A stretch of 64,000 nucleotides of DNA from Eledone cirrhosa (taxonomy: Eukaryota): the NCBI GenBank assembly GCA_964016885.1, contig OZ024742.1, positions 239,010,001-239,074,000 on the forward strand, read 5' to 3'. Both the position numbers and the translations under genes were made by a program. Below the pieces are notes generated by a model that was not told where the DNA came from, made no database searches, and worked only from the letters and a program-made list of their open reading frames with translations. Shown one piece after another: positions 37,540 to 51,399 of the stretch; positions within the stretch are counted from its first letter, which is position 1; each line of letters begins with the position of its first letter.

Positions 37540-39505
37540 TCAGCCATTAAATCTCTTGCTAATCTGATCATCTAGATATCGGAAGCTATCAACCACCTCT
37601 ATAGACCCTACCTGCGTTTGAAAAATGTGTCTATCACTGACACTTCTACTATCAATTTTCCCTGAACATCTACTACATATGAAGTTTTCCTTTCCTGTTA
37701 GTTTGCCTGCTATCCCACTACACCTCTTCTGTACCCAAGATCTGTATTGTGTACATTCTATAGAGTTTATGCCAACTCCTTTTCTACATATCGAGCATGG
37801 CCATTTCCCAGATGGAATCGGGGTCTTGTCCTCTTTCCTACTTATCAATACTTTAGTCTTTGCTAGGTTCACTTTCAGTCCCCTTGATTCCAACTAAGTA
37901 CCAGATCATCAACATAGAGAAGTTCCTAAGGGCAGCCAGTCTTAAACTCCTCTTTTATGGCTTGGAGAACTATAATGAATAAAACTGGGCTGAAGACCGA
38001 ACCCTGATGAATTCCTACTTGTATCTGGAATTCCTCACTAAATTCCATTCCTACTTTCACTTTTCTGACAGCTCCTCTGTACATAGCTTGCACTGACCTC
38101 ACAAGCCATTCTTCTGCACCTAGTTTCCTTAGGGACAACTAGATGACAGGTTGGGTTACTCTATTAGAGGTATTCTTTAGGTCAACAAAAGCTAAATATA
38201 GTGGCTTATTCTTCTCTAAGAACCTCTCTTGTAGTTGTCTCACTAAGAAGAGGGCATCTGTTGTACTTTTCCCAGGCACAAAACCAAACTGCATCTCATC
38301 TAATTTCTCTAGTTGTGCTAATATTCTCTCTGCCACTTTCATAACCTGATCCATCAGTTTTATGCCCCTATAATTGCTCCTCCCCAGAGCATCCCCTTTA
38401 CCTTTGTAACAATTAACAAGAATATTGCTGCACCAGTCTTTGGGTATGACCCTGCCATATATAAATTGATTGACTATGCATGCAACCAGTTTAGTTCCTA
38501 CTTCTCCTGATGCCTTCAACATCTCAGCAACTATCCCTTACAGTCCAGCAGCTTTACCACCTTTTATTTCCTTAATTGCTTCTTTGACCCTATAGTCGTC
38601 AACCTCAATAGCTGGTCCCTCTGTTGGGAGTAGTTTCTCTCTCTCCCATTCATTCTCAACATTTATCAGTCTCTCATAATGACATTTCCAGGCCTCTTTT
38701 TTCTGAGCATCAGTGACGCTAAGTGATTGGCATCATTTCAGACACCCTTATCTCCAACAACATCCTGATTTGATTTACAATGATACACTGCCTTGCAATG
38801 CAGAACACCTCACATTTCTGATCCTCTTGTCACAGAACATTGGCAAACCTCCTATTCTCAGTTTCCCTGTGTGCTATGTATACCTGTCGTCTGGATCTCT
38901 TTTAGCAGCTGAGTATCGATCTACTGTGCTGTTCCACCACCAAGTCACCCTCTGTCTGGTTGGAGTTTTACTCCAGTCACAAGTCTCTTCAGTTGCGTGC
39001 AGTAGGTTGTCGTGTAAGAACTTCCAATTATCTTGTATATCATACAATTCTAAGTCGTCTACTTTCTCGTCATACATATCTTGTAGAACTTTTCTAAACT
39101 TAGCTTCCAGACCTTCCTGTGTCTAATTCTGTCTCTTGCTTATTGAGATGTCACTAACGACTAACCGATGTTGGGGGGTACATTCTTCCCCAGGGTATGC
39201 CTTAGTATTCATAACCATTTATCTGTCTCGTTGCTGAACTAGCAAGAAGTCAATCAGGCTTATGTGCTCGCCTGATTGGTAGGTGATTGGCAGGTTTCCT
39301 AAAGTTAGGGTGATGCAAAGGGTTAGTCCACTTGCATCACAAAATTCAAGAAGCCTCACTCCTTCTTTGCTTCTTGAGCCATAACCATAACCACCATGTA
39401 CCCCTGTGTATCCATCCTGGAGCTGTCGAACATGACCATTGAAGTCACCTGCTAGTATGACTAGGTCTCTGTCCTCTGTCACTATGGTTGTCTCTAGAAG
39501 TTGTA
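37540..39505 (-). mobile_element. Degenerate RTE-clade LINE fragment
   Basis: AGDFNGHV, NYRGIKLMDQVMK, GIHQGSVFSPVLF and WPCSICRK motifs with deletions. Confidence 0.92.
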
Positions 39506-40251
39506 TAAATACATAAATATGATGATGATGATGATGATGATGATGATGTATGTATTTATTTCATTAAATCAGCAGGCTAATGTTGCAAAAAAAAACACTA
39601 TATATATTTCAATGGCCTGGTTACATAAGACCCTGGCAACATCATCAAACAGAGAATATACTTTATCTTGAGATGGCCTGCAAATTCGGTGTTATTGCTG
39701 CAGCAGACCATTTTCAAATAAAATATATTCTATACTCTACATTGCTTCTATTCATTCCTTCCTTGAGGAGGTGGATATTGTTTTTAACAGCTGCTTGCCA
39801 TTCCTATTAACAGTCACTTCACAGCATGAACTGAGTGCATTTTATCATATAGGATGAAGGAAACACATTCCATTCCAATATTCAAAATATGTTCTATATA
39901 TATTTTTTCTAAATCAGTAACATGGCAGTTTTTTATATCATCTTTAAAAGATATTCTTATTATGCATACATAGAATTTTAGAATTCATTTTTACTACCCA
40001 GTCAACCCATCCCTGTAAAGTGGTTGTGCTGGTGCCACAACAAAAAAGCACCCAATCTACCCTGTAAGGTGGCTGATTAGGAGTGTAAAAAAACAAGCCC
40101 AAAAAATGGATCACATGAGCAACTCATGGTAACCTGATGTGTCTAGCCTAATAACATGATAACCCATCTAATCTATGCAAGCATGGAAAATAGACATTAA
40201 ACAGTGATGATGATGAATCCAAGTATTGAAAATGCAGACTAAGAATATTAC

Positions 40252-40399
40252 CTTGATCGAGTCCAGGTGTGAAATCACTCATGTAACGCAAAGCAAATGA
40301 CAAGGAAAACCACATAGGTAACTGGATCCATATAAGTACAGTGGCTTTCATTGGGTGGCAGTTGTCTCTGATATACAGATTACGAATCAATTTTTTAAG
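40252..40399 (-). CDS. COX18: COX18 exon 3
   Basis: tttcag acceptor, G|GTAAT donor, 148 nt; LKKLIRNLYIRDNCHPMKATVLIWIQLPMWFSLSFALR carries the COX18-specific RDNCHP..QLPMW motif. Confidence 0.95.
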
Positions 40400-40963
40400 C
40401 TGAAATTAAAAGTGTGTAATAACTATGAATTTTACACAGAACAAAGACACATTTTTTAAAGAGATATTAATCATCAGTCTTTTAGTATGAGAAATAAATT
40501 ACTGCATTCATAAAATATAAGTCATAAAGCTTAAAAGTATTAAAATAAATATTTTAACTGAGGATAGAAAACCTTCCAAACAAAAGGTAAAAAAACAGCT
40601 GTAGAAAACCTTCCAAACAAAGGGTCGGGAAGACTCTTCAGCTGTGTCAAAAACATGACAACCTCTCTAGTGCTGGTGCCATGACAAATGTAAGTGCGAT
40701 GCAGACCCCTCAAACCATCTGAGCACTTTGTAGAGGGTGGGAGACATATGTAAACAAGATATGATCAACAACCACCCCCACTCTCAACCCTGTCCATCTG
40801 AGTAGTCAGTAGCTACTTTCAGTATTGATTTGGTCTGTGAGAACCCGTCCAACACTTGCTAGCAAGAAGAATGGACGTTAAATGATGGTGATGATGACAG
40901 TGATGGTGATTTGACTTCGTTATTGGTATAAAGTAAAGAAAAGGATCAAAGTATTCAACTTAC

Positions 40964-41530
40964 AGAATGATTATATTTAAGTCGAGCGTGATTCATCTCC
41001 CATCCAAATTCTCGAATAGCTCTAGCAGTTTCAATTTTAAGGCGGTGTGATAATTTACGTATCTCAGGTTGAAGCAATTCTACTTTTGCAACTATAAATA
41101 ATGAGTAGATAGCCAAAGGGAAAGTTACAAAAGATCTTAACAGGCAAGTGCTTACAAGTATGCTAGCCCACCAAGGAAACCCTGTCATGGTATGAATATA
41201 AGTGAGAAATTCATATGAATATTTTATTGGTGCAAAGTCTTGAGAAAAAACACGGTAGAACGATTCTGCTGAAAATGTTTTCTTGTGATTATATAAGGGG
41301 AAGAATAAATGTCTTTTAAACAAAATATTTTGGTCGCTTTTAAAATTTCTGAGGCCATTCTTTTCCACTAAATTTGCAGTTTTTTGCTGGCAAAGAGTAG
41401 AATATCTGTAGAGATTTGATGTAACAGGATGTGTAGTGTCCCATTGACTTTTAGTTGTGGTTTTTGATAAGATAGGATTTAAGTTGGATCTTGAAGTAAT
41501 AGGATGGAATTTTTGGCAGCTGAAAGAAGA
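40964..41530 (-). CDS. COX18: COX18 exon 2 (Oxa1/YidC family insertase)
   Basis: Acceptor ttttttctcttccag, donor TCT|GTAAGT, 567 nt open; encodes IHTMTGFPWWASILVSTCLLRSFVTFPLAIY, the Oxa1/Cox18 TM1 signature (GLPWWxxI...R...PL). Confidence 0.92.
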
Positions 41531-42476
41531 CTGGAAGAGAAAAAAGATGATATTACATGGAAATCAAAGAATATTCGAAAGCGATAACATATTTTTAAAA
41601 ACTGACATAAAGTTAAGAAACCCAATTTTAAAAAAATATATATTCTATGAGAAAAAAAAAGACAAACTTGATTTTAAGTGGAGTTCAGAAAGATAGGTAA
41701 ACGTTTTTTTTAGCCACATATAACCACCCACCTCCTGTCCCTGCCACTATGTCAGTTCTGATTTAGTAGACTTATAATCAGAAGCATTCCACCTAGGACC
41801 ATCTATTTGTTTTTTTTTTATTTTGGGCACTGCCTATTTAATATTACATTATCTAATGTAATCTTAAATATAATCTTTTTTAAGATGGTAGGTTGTAATT
41901 TAGCTGTCATTTTTAGCAAATCAACTTAAAACATAGAGGGTCCCTTGTTGACTCAAGACAGACAAATGTAATAATTTAGAGGTTACAAAAATATTTTAAA
42001 AGGTTTTTAGACCTATTTTCCTATAATTAGCATAATATGTAGAAATTTACAAAATGTTGTACATTAGTGCTATATATAGATGGATCTGGTATTGGATTCA
42101 ATTATGAACATTTAGCTGTTCAATCAACTTGACATCCAACTCATGAATTAACATATAAGTAGTTGAGTATTCCACAGACATTATTCCAAAGCCGAATTAA
42201 CATGACAGAATATGTGATAAGACTAGACCTTTGAATTTCAGGTACAATCCATCTGACAGACTTCCACACAGTTTCTGTCTACTCCATTTCATTTGCAATC
42301 AAGATGCCAAACAATGAGATCGAACTCAGGACTTCATGATAGTAAAGCAAACTTCTTAACCACTTAACCATGCTTGCATCTACTACAACTATATAAAATC
42401 TCTAAAGATGACAAATAGGAAAAGATAAGATGGTTTGATGTTAGTGGATTATAACTCTCGATTGCCATTACTTAGG

Positions 42477-43900
42477 TACCTTTCCAGAAATCCAGGCCAC
42501 CCGGCACACAAGAGTCAGCAAGAAAATACCTTTTCTATTTAAGGCTTTTAACATCTCAGGCTGGATTTCATCTTCCCCAGCGGCCTTTCCACATTTGAGC
42601 TATTCAACTGCTCTTGAGACATCAGCCTCTGAGAGATTAGTCACCGGTCCCAGATGCACCTCATGTACACCAGGAGTTCTCTGAATTTGAATGTAATAAT
42701 AACTGCATACATGGTCCTGACTTCTTTATCCACCAACACTTCTCACTTTATCCTGTAGATTGCCCTGGATGTGCCAGTTTTGTGGGCTTCCTTGGTTTTA
42801 GTTAGTCTCAGGTTGCAGATAACTAGATGGCAATCAATTGACAGGTCAGCCCATCTCTAAACACAAACATCCAGCACAGGATCAAAGAGGTCAGAGACAA
42901 TAACAAAATCAATTATTGATCTGTGTCCCTGGTTCCCTTTATACTATGTAAATTTATGGATGTCTGTCCTGGCAGGTGTTCATAATAGAGTGTCCATTGC
43001 TAGAACAGAAGTCTAGAAAGGTCTCTCCATTTGTATTTAGATTGGGGGTCGCCATTCCTTCCAATCACTCCTTTCCATGTCAGGTTGTCAGTGCCAACAT
43101 GTACATTGAAGTCCCCCATCAGGATATATGACTCAGTCTTAACTACATCTAACACTGCAGTGACTGCATCAAGGAAGGATCTGTGTTTGGACTACTTTTT
43201 TGGTCTATAAACTTGTACCACCCACAGAAACCTATCTTTCAGCCAATGCATCAAGAGGCAAATCCTCCGTCCTTATGGGAATGTATCCATAACACATTCT
43301 AACAACCTGGGGCTTGTGAGTATCCCCACTCCTGCCTTTGCAGTCATTTTTGGCGCCACACCTGAATAGTGGTGTTTCCATCCTCCATCCAAATCTATAG
43401 TACCAGATCCACAGTATTTTGTTGAAGACACCCCGACTATATCTAGCCAGTAACATCTAACCTCTTCCACTAGTTCCTGCTCCTTACCTGTAAGGATTGT
43501 GATGTTCCAGGTTCCAATTGTCAGGTTTGCTCCCTTCCAAAGCCTCTTTGGGGTCTCGCGATATGCAATCTTTGTGCGTCCATCCTGCGCCTCCCAGGAC
43601 AGATCACAGGCTCATCGCCAGTGTTTGCGGTATGAAATGGGGACTGCAATATATTTTTCGAACAGGCCCCTCTACCTAAGACCTGAATGTGTCTCTTGTT
43701 AACCTGCGAGGCAGAACTGTTTTCCCGGCAGAGCTGCTCTGCTAGAGAACGGGTCGCAGGTGGGCAATAGTGATACCACCACCCGATATGATGGTTAGTT
43801 GCGATATAAGCGGGTAACTGCCGGTAAACTACTTGGGGAGTTGGAGCAATGGGTGACACCAGTAGCTCCCAAGAACACTCACAACCCAGTTACGTAGCTA
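42477..43900 (-). mobile_element. Second RTE family (Rex3/Expander-like) 5' fragment in COX18 intron 1
   Basis: GTWNIT..LDIVGVSSTK..AGVGILT, MGDFNVHVG, SIIDFVIV, GKAAGEDEI; homologous to 56645-58100. Confidence 0.85.
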
Positions 43901-44910
43901 TGACGAGGTGTGGAAGGCCGCCTCTAAATAAACCTAGTCTTCGTAAGTTTTACAAAGTACTAGATTGGTGACTGGCGCGAATAAGACCACTGCAACATAG
44001 TGAAAGGAACAAAAGAGAACGATTCCGCATCGTCCATCGTCCTTGATATTCGTTAATATTAAATAGTTGTTGTTGTTGTTTAGCCTCGGTCAAGCCTGAT
44101 AAACCTGCCATCAAATGTATTCAAGCTATGATTATTCAGTTATTTTTGGAGGAGGGTTTTACTAAACTAGAAAACCTAGAATTACATATCCAATTAATTA
44201 TATGGATAAATAAAAATGAAACAAGTCAAGAGAATCACTATTTTTCTGCTGACGGTAAGAAAAAATTATTTGTTTACACTTGCTTGCAACCGCTGCAAGG
44301 CTTAAATTGGAGGTAAACCTTGTGTTAAAATTTCAGAGTAAACATTATGCAATATCGTGTGATTTGGCTGCTTTTTTAAACAGGCCAAGCGACTATGCAG
44401 AAGCTTTTGTGACTCATACTAAATGTGTATACATATTTTCTGCCCTATCCACCGGTGACACCAACAGTTTATTACAACTGCATGCTAAGTTTTTGTGTGT
44501 TAGTACAAGACAAATTTATTGAATTGGTTAATTCAAATGTTTCTTTATGAAAGATAACAAAATATAATAATGTTAAATCGAAACACAATCCAGTGATGAT
44601 AATTTCAAAAGTTAGTTTGGAGGTTATAAACAAAACACATGTCTCGAGTGGAGCACGCTATACATTCTTGTTTGTTTATAAAATTATTTATCAATTTATA
44701 GTAGTACTTATATTGTCAGCTATTAACTGACTAGGTTTTCTTTTCATAAATTAGTGTTTAAATAAAAATCTCTATAAAAAATGTAATATATTTTTATGTA
44801 AATTATCTGAATGACTGTAATCACCCGACCTCTAATTGAGGTTATTCTACAGTGTATATTTAAAGTTAATAAAATATCCCAAGAAAATTTTTGTTAGAAT
44901 AGTTACATAC

Positions 44911-44997
44911 CTTTCCATAGTGTCGTCTCAAGTTAAATCGAGTGAACGATTGATAGCAAGTTTGATTGTTAATTATTACCCGCATCAACGAAATCAT
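44911..44997 (-). CDS. COX18: COX18 exon 1 (putative mitochondrial presequence)
   Basis: ATG at 44997 opens MISLMRVIINNQTCYQSFTRFNLRRHYGK (Arg-rich, no acidic residues) and ends at AAG|GTATGT in phase 0, which joins in frame to exon 2; exon 2 has an in-frame stop upstream of its acceptor, so an upstream exon is required. Confidence 0.7.
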
Positions 44998-45379
44998 AGC
45001 AAACGGTCTTAAACAAAAATAAGTTCCCTGTAAATAAATACTAGTTTTTATGTACTTTACGAGGGTAGAATTTTATCCCCTATTATCTGACATAATTTAA
45101 TGTGCCTTCTCAAGTAAGAGACGTTAGTCCTTGTTTGTTATTATAATGCTTTCTTTATTCATTAAGGACGGCAAAGGACAATACAGGACGGTACAAATAG
45201 GCATTTCTGCGTATTTAAAAATAAAAAAAATTATTTGTATAAAAAAGAAACAAGGGAAAATTCCCCGAGGGTCACTCATGGAGAAAGCCCACAAAAAGGT
45301 CACGGTTACTCTGACCGCTCTCCGGATAAACATAAACCGTTGAATGCTTGATATCTGTTATGTAAAGGTCGACTGATTT

Positions 45380-45465
45380 TTAATCAACCAACTTTCTCTA
45401 ATTGAATAAATATGGTACACACAATTGCTATTTAATATCCGAGCAACGCCGGGTACTTCTGCTAG
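45380..45465 (+). mobile_element. Helitron 3' end (5' boundary not determined)
   Basis: CCGAGCAACGCCGGGTACTTCTG-CTAG|T. Confidence 0.75.
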
Positions 45466-45475
45466 TATATATATA

Positions 45476-45745
45476 TAATTGGTGCGGAATGCTTAAAGTG
45501 TCCTTAAGCGGTAGGCCGTTTGAGCACGCGATGCTCTTACAGAGCAGAGTATGATATCACATAAGAAACGGAGAAATCAGTGTTGCGACGAATAAAATTT
45601 ATTAGACATATTACAATCGTTTCTCTGGAGACCAGCTCGAGACACGATCGATGTGATGATCGAACCTAACTCGAGCTTGTCACCAGAGAAACGATTGTAA
45701 TTTTATTCGTCGCAAAACTGATTCTCCGTTTCTTATGTGATATAT
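45476..45745. mobile_element. Fold-back derivative of the hammerhead-bearing element at 58410-58660
   Basis: 45476-45672 is the reverse complement of about 58463-58660; 45670-45743 mirrors 45554-45640. Confidence 0.85.
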
Positions 45746-45762
45746 ATATATATATATATATA

Positions 45763-46829
45763 CTAGCAGAGGTACCCGGCGCTGCTCGGATATTAAATAC
45801 CAATTGTGTATACCATTTATGTCAATACTTCAGTGCTACTTCGAAAACTATACTTTTACAAAATCATTTGCTTTTTCCAAAAGGGGGTTCCTTCCCCCGG
45901 GGGTCCCCTACCCAATATGTGCCAATTCTGAGAGTTCACATTCATCTGTAGGACAAACGTAGCCCATGTGTCAAGTTTTGTGAAAATCGGTTGCGAACTC
46001 CAGAAGTTATGACGTTTTGTTGCATTGCACTGCAGTGCTTCAGTCGACTCCAAGGAAGTGGTTAAAGTGGTTAAAGGGGGTTATCTGTCGGGGGTGGGGG
46101 GCTATAATCAATATCTGGAAAAATGACAGTGCCCATGACCATCCGAAGTAAATAAGTAACCTATGTCTTAAGTTTGGTGAAAATACTGTAGAAATGCATA
46201 AGGTTTATACATACACGCGTGCGTTCGTGGAGAGGGGGGGGTATGTATTTGTGTGTGCGTATGTATGTGTATGTCCGTCAGGGCATACGTATGTACTGGC
46301 CTAAATCTTCACTATTTACTTTTACTATTTTAATAACCTCTGTCATTTTCGTTTTCAATTTTATTTACATCATTCTTAAACTCCGGGGCTGGAAATCATT
46401 CTGTTATTTTAAATAGAATATTAGTATAACGACTCCATTTATACCATAAACTTGGTCTTGTCTTTGCTTGAAAAGTTCTTCTCGATCCACATAACGACGT
46501 ATTATCCTCGCTTTTTTCCCGTTCATTGCCAGGGAACGTCTGCACGAACCAAAATATCGTCTTCCTGTTTTCGTTCGGTTGCAACGTTTCTCGAAATAAT
46601 TACTTCTGCGTTCACAGATTACTCTCAGTTCAATTTGAATGGGAAATTCCTGTTTCATCGATTTTCTCCGTAACCATGGAGGATTGTAGCTTGAAAGTCG
46701 ACCCAACGCCTCCTCGGGTCATTCTGCATAACTGTGTAAATTTTCGCTGCATCCCACCAAGCCATTTCGACGTTTATCCGACTACACCTACATATACAAC
46801 GTCCGACCACTTCCAATTTATATAGTAGA
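45763..46829 (-). mobile_element. Non-autonomous Helitron, both termini present
   Basis: Minus strand A|TCTACTATATAAA at 46829, 3' hairpin CCGAGCAGCGCCGGG then CTAG|T at 45763; AT target and no TSD. Confidence 0.8.
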
Positions 46830-47837
46830 TTTGTTTATATATGAATGACAAAAAGAAAAGTACAAAACTATACATTAATTTTTTCTACTAAACCTTCAAT
46901 TTAAGACACAACCTACATATTTGATAGGACTCCAGCTCACTTCTTCTTCTTCTTCTTCTTTTGCTCCCCCTGGAACATTGGGCTGCGAGCCACCCACCCC
47001 CACACAACGCCATGTTCTGAGTCTGCTTTTCAACTCCACCGTGATGCACTGTGCGTCATGGTGTATCTAACCATTTTTTTAGGTCTTACTACGGCTGATT
47101 TCTTCCAGAGAGAAAGAAAGAGATGGAAAAATGCAGAGAAGATTCATCCCCGGAGGAATAATAAAAAATGTTTACACTGCACATTTCATTTTTTCAAAGC
47201 TAAAGCTGCCGATCCAAAATCAGTAATTCAACTCCCTGAAAACTTTCAAATATATGCTGTTCTAGCATGAATATTAGGCAAAGGATAAGCTGTCCACAAA
47301 GTAAGATTTACTTGCATATCCCCGCTCATATAAACACATAAATACATGCATATATACATTACAGTTGATATTTTTTTTATTAAAGCGTTTTCATATTATA
47401 TATATATATAGTGACGAAACATAAGTCAATTGCATGAACTCATAATCCTTTATTTACTGCTTCATTTGTATGAAATTGTAAATAAGACAAAAGTATTAGA
47501 ACAGGAGGAAATAACTCACCGAACGCGATAGTTTTGGGGTCCCAGGGATCACATTTTTCAAGTTAGAGATTTGAAACCTCGTCTATTTGCTTCCTTGGCA
47601 CTTTTTACATAGGTGTGTAAATTTTCATGTCAGTCCGACCACGTCTACTACCATTTAACCGTGCACATCTGAATTTCAACCACCACCCATTTCACAAATA
47701 TATATTAGACTATTGACGTCTCCAATATGCGTTGTAAATTTGTGCATTATTTTATTGAATAAGAATATATTTGCGTATGTAGAAAGGTCTCTTTTATGGC
47801 AGTGGACTGGGGGACGCTATGAATTCATTATTTATAA

Positions 47838-47980
47838 TATAGTTACGTCCCTTTACGATCTGAGTTCAATTCCCGCCGAGGTTAACTTTGCCTTTCATCC
47901 TTACGGGGTCGATAAAATAAAGCACCAGTAATGTACTGGGATAATTGCTGGCCTTGTGCCAAAAAGTAGAAACAATTATT
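47838..47980 (+). mobile_element. SINE family A, 5'-truncated
   Basis: B box and body match the family. Confidence 0.85.
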
Positions 47981-48060
47981 TATAATGTTATTATAGTATT
48001 GTATACACATGATATAATAGTATATTAAATATCGAATGATACATATTATATATAAGCTTT

Positions 48061-49065
48061 GTGGGGGTAGGCATTTTACTGGCTGAGAGATGGATCAATA
48101 AGATAATAGAGGTAGTTAGAGTTAGTAATAGAATAATTAAGCTTAGATTAGTTGTAGGCAAGAGACTGTTGACAATCATCTCTGCCTATGCTCCCCAGGC
48201 AGGCTTAGGTAAAGAAGAGAAAGACTGCTTTTACGAGCAACTTTTAGAAACAGCCACAATGACAGAGGACAGAGACATTATTATGCTAGCAGGGGACTTC
48301 AATGGTCATGTTGGACAGCTCCAGGATGGATACACTGGGGTACATGGTGGGGACGGTTATGGCTCAAGAAATGAAGGTGTGAGGCTTCTTGAATTTTGTG
48401 ATGCAAGTGCACTAAACATTTTCAACATTAACTTCAAGAAACCTACCAACCGCCTAATAACCTTCAAATCAGGTGAGCACATAAGCCAGATTAACTTCTT
48501 GCTAGTTAGGCAGCGAGACAGACAGATGGTGTCAAATACTAAGGCATACCCCGGGGAAGCATGTACCCCACAACATAGGTTAGTTGTTAGTGACATCTCA
48601 GTAAGCAAGAAACAAAATGAGACATACAGGAAGGTATGGAAAAGAAAGGTCTGGATGCTAAAAGACCTTTCGCTAAAATATAAATTCAGGAAAGCCCTTC
48701 AAGATGTGTATGAAGAAAAAGAAGATGATTTAGAATCATAAGATATAGATGATAACTAGAATTTCTTACGTGACAACTTACTGCAGGCTACTGATGAAAC
48801 TTGTGGCTGGAGCAGAGCTCCGATCAGACAGAGAGTGACCAGGTGGTGGAACAGCACGGTAGGTAGAGCCATTAGAGACAAAAGACTACAAAATTGCTAC
48901 AAAGGTAAAGGGGATGCTCTGGAGAGGAGCAATTATAGGGGCATAAAGCTGATGGATCAGGTTATGAAAGTGACAGAGAGAATATTAGCACAACTAGAGA
49001 AATTAGATGAGATGCAGTTTGGTTTTGTGCCTGGAAAAAGTACAACAGATGTCCTCTTCTTAGTG
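48061..49065 (+). mobile_element. RTE LINE fragment (endonuclease plus short RT piece)
   Basis: GVGILL..ISAYAPQ..AGDFNGHVG, then a jump to NCYKGKGDALERSNYRGIKL. Confidence 0.92.
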
Positions 49066-49116
49066 AATTTCAACCACCACCCATTTCACAAATATATATT
49101 AGATATATATATATAT

Positions 49117-49978
49117 ATCATCATCATCGTTTAACATCTATCTTCCACGCTAGCATGGGTTTAGACAGGAATTATCCCACTTGAGGCATGATTGGTTGTC
49201 TTGCTCGCATAGGACTGTCTGGCAGGTTTTCTGGCTGGATGCCCTTCCTAACCCCAACCACGTTTACATTGTGGACTGGGAGGTCTTTACCGTGTTACCT
49301 ACACGGCCACATTACAGCGTGGACTGTGTGTTTTTTTGTCGTGACACCTACAGGACCTCATTTGTTTCGGACTGGATGTTGTGGTACCAACATAACTTTA
49401 CATTGAAAGGGGTGGTGTGGATGGGATGGGAGTAGTGGGACGGGGTGTATTTTTGTTAGAGGTCCTACTGACTGTAGATTTCGCTTTGTACTTAGGCAAG
49501 GCGGGTCTTCTGTATTACTGTGTAGCGCCAAAGATCTTGGCCCAGTGGCATTGTCTTGGAGAGGTGTAAGTGTGTGAGGTCGGAATTTATCAAGTCGTCC
49601 CAGGTTTTTCTGGGTCTGTCTACTCCGTGGCTACCATCTATTTTTATCGCCCTGCACTTTTTTATACAGCTGTCGTCTTTCATGCGCATCACCTGACCGT
49701 ACCAACGTAGTCTTCTCTTGAGTAAACAACATCTGATCCCTCTTATTCCTAATTTCTCTCTTAGTTCGTTTATGCTTTGCCATTCACGTATATTACTATT
49801 ACACATCCAGCGGAGCATGCAAGCTTCGTTCCTCTCCAGTCTGTGTATATCCTCTGCACACAATGCCCAGGTCTCACTGCCATGTAACATTGCTGTTCGT
49901 ATGCAGGCATCATACAGCCTGCCTTTCATTTTTAGAGAGAAATCTTTAGCGGCCAATAGTGGTATAAGCTCTCTGAAC
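49117..49978 (-). mobile_element. RTE LINE 3' end with (GAT)n tail
   Basis: KGRLYDACIRTAMLHGSETW..RLRWYG..RPRKTW, followed by the family 3' UTR. Confidence 0.9.
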
Positions 49979-51399
49979 TATATATATATAGTATTTGTAT
50001 GGTAATATTGGGATTTTCTAATAAAGATCCTGATAAAGATGAGAGAAGTTTTATGCTATCCAGTTTCCTTGATACAGCAGTAATTCAAAATCTGCTAAGG
50101 ATGTTCTCAGCTGTTGTAGATTCTGTTGTAGACTGTTAGGCTACGGGCTGCAGAGCTCAACATTTATAAATGGAGAGAGAATAACCAAGTTATACGTAAA
50201 ACATAATTTTCATTCTACATATGTTTCAGTGTATAACTGCGGGCCATACCATGATATATACAAGGTATCTGTCCATTGCTCTACATAACTGCAGGATTTA
50301 GACATTGTTATAAGTTTCAAGAGTAATGCATACAAGAGATAACTCCATACCATAGATGAGGTTCATATCATATCAATTAATACATTGTAAATTACAAGCA
50401 CACTAAAAGGCCACAGCTAAGCAGAAGCAGTATTAAAAGGGATATCAAAATGAAGTATTTCTGTGCATCCGTACATTAAGAGACATATCAAAATTACATG
50501 AGAATTTTAGTATGCATATTGACAAGAAAAAGGACAGTAGTTAGCCAATTATGTGCTGGCCATATGAAAATATATAAAAAAAGGAAAAGAAAATTCATAA
50601 CTTCATAAGAATTCTAGGTTAAAAGTAATTCTTCCTAAGAAGATTCCCAATAGTACTCAAAAAATCTCTAGCTAACTGTAAAACACTGGTATCAATCTTA
50701 TTTATATTATAATACAATACTATGAAATTCCAATAAATAAATAAATATAGAAAGATAGATAATTAAACAACTATTTTTTTACAGACTTACATAGATCTAT
50801 ATATTAGAATGTTCATTAAATGTTTGTATACAAATATACACCATCAATAACCAGTGCCAATAGGGCAGGTGAATAGGATGAATTAGTCATTAATAATTTA
50901 AGTGCAAGTTGGAGATCACCTTTTGTTGAGTTAAGTAACACCGTGTCGTCTGCAAATTCCAGCTGACTGATTTTACACACTTCCAGCTCGGCTACACATG
51001 TCAATCCTGTTCATGTAAATAATGGTTTCTACTATAGTCACAAGGCCAGCAATGTTTGGGGTGAGGAGAAATCGATTGAATCGACCCCAGTGCATTACTG
51101 GTGCTTTATTTCATCAACCCCATAAGGATGAAAGGCAAAGAGAGGTGACAGTACACATTCTTAGTGGAGTCCAACTCCCACATTGAATGGTTTCGATTTA
51201 GCACCATTTATCCAATTACAAATACTCATGCATTTGTATAGAGACATCAGGACAACAAGAAGCTGCCCACCGATCCCATACTCATGCAGAACCTTCCACA
51301 GCAGATTTTATGGGCAAAACCAACCAGCAAGAGACCCAGGAATTGACCCTGAGCAAGATGGTTACAAGAAGAAGGAGGAGGAGGAGGCTGGGCAAACCA

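Noticed and set aside
40955-41368. GTG-initiated 137-aa ORF as a stand-alone gene
   Set aside because: It is the internal part of COX18 exon 2, bounded by splice sites.
48061-48741. 226-aa ORF as a host gene (CFDP2-like)
   Set aside because: RTE endonuclease fragment with a decayed catalytic motif (QINF for QIDF) and truncated flanks.
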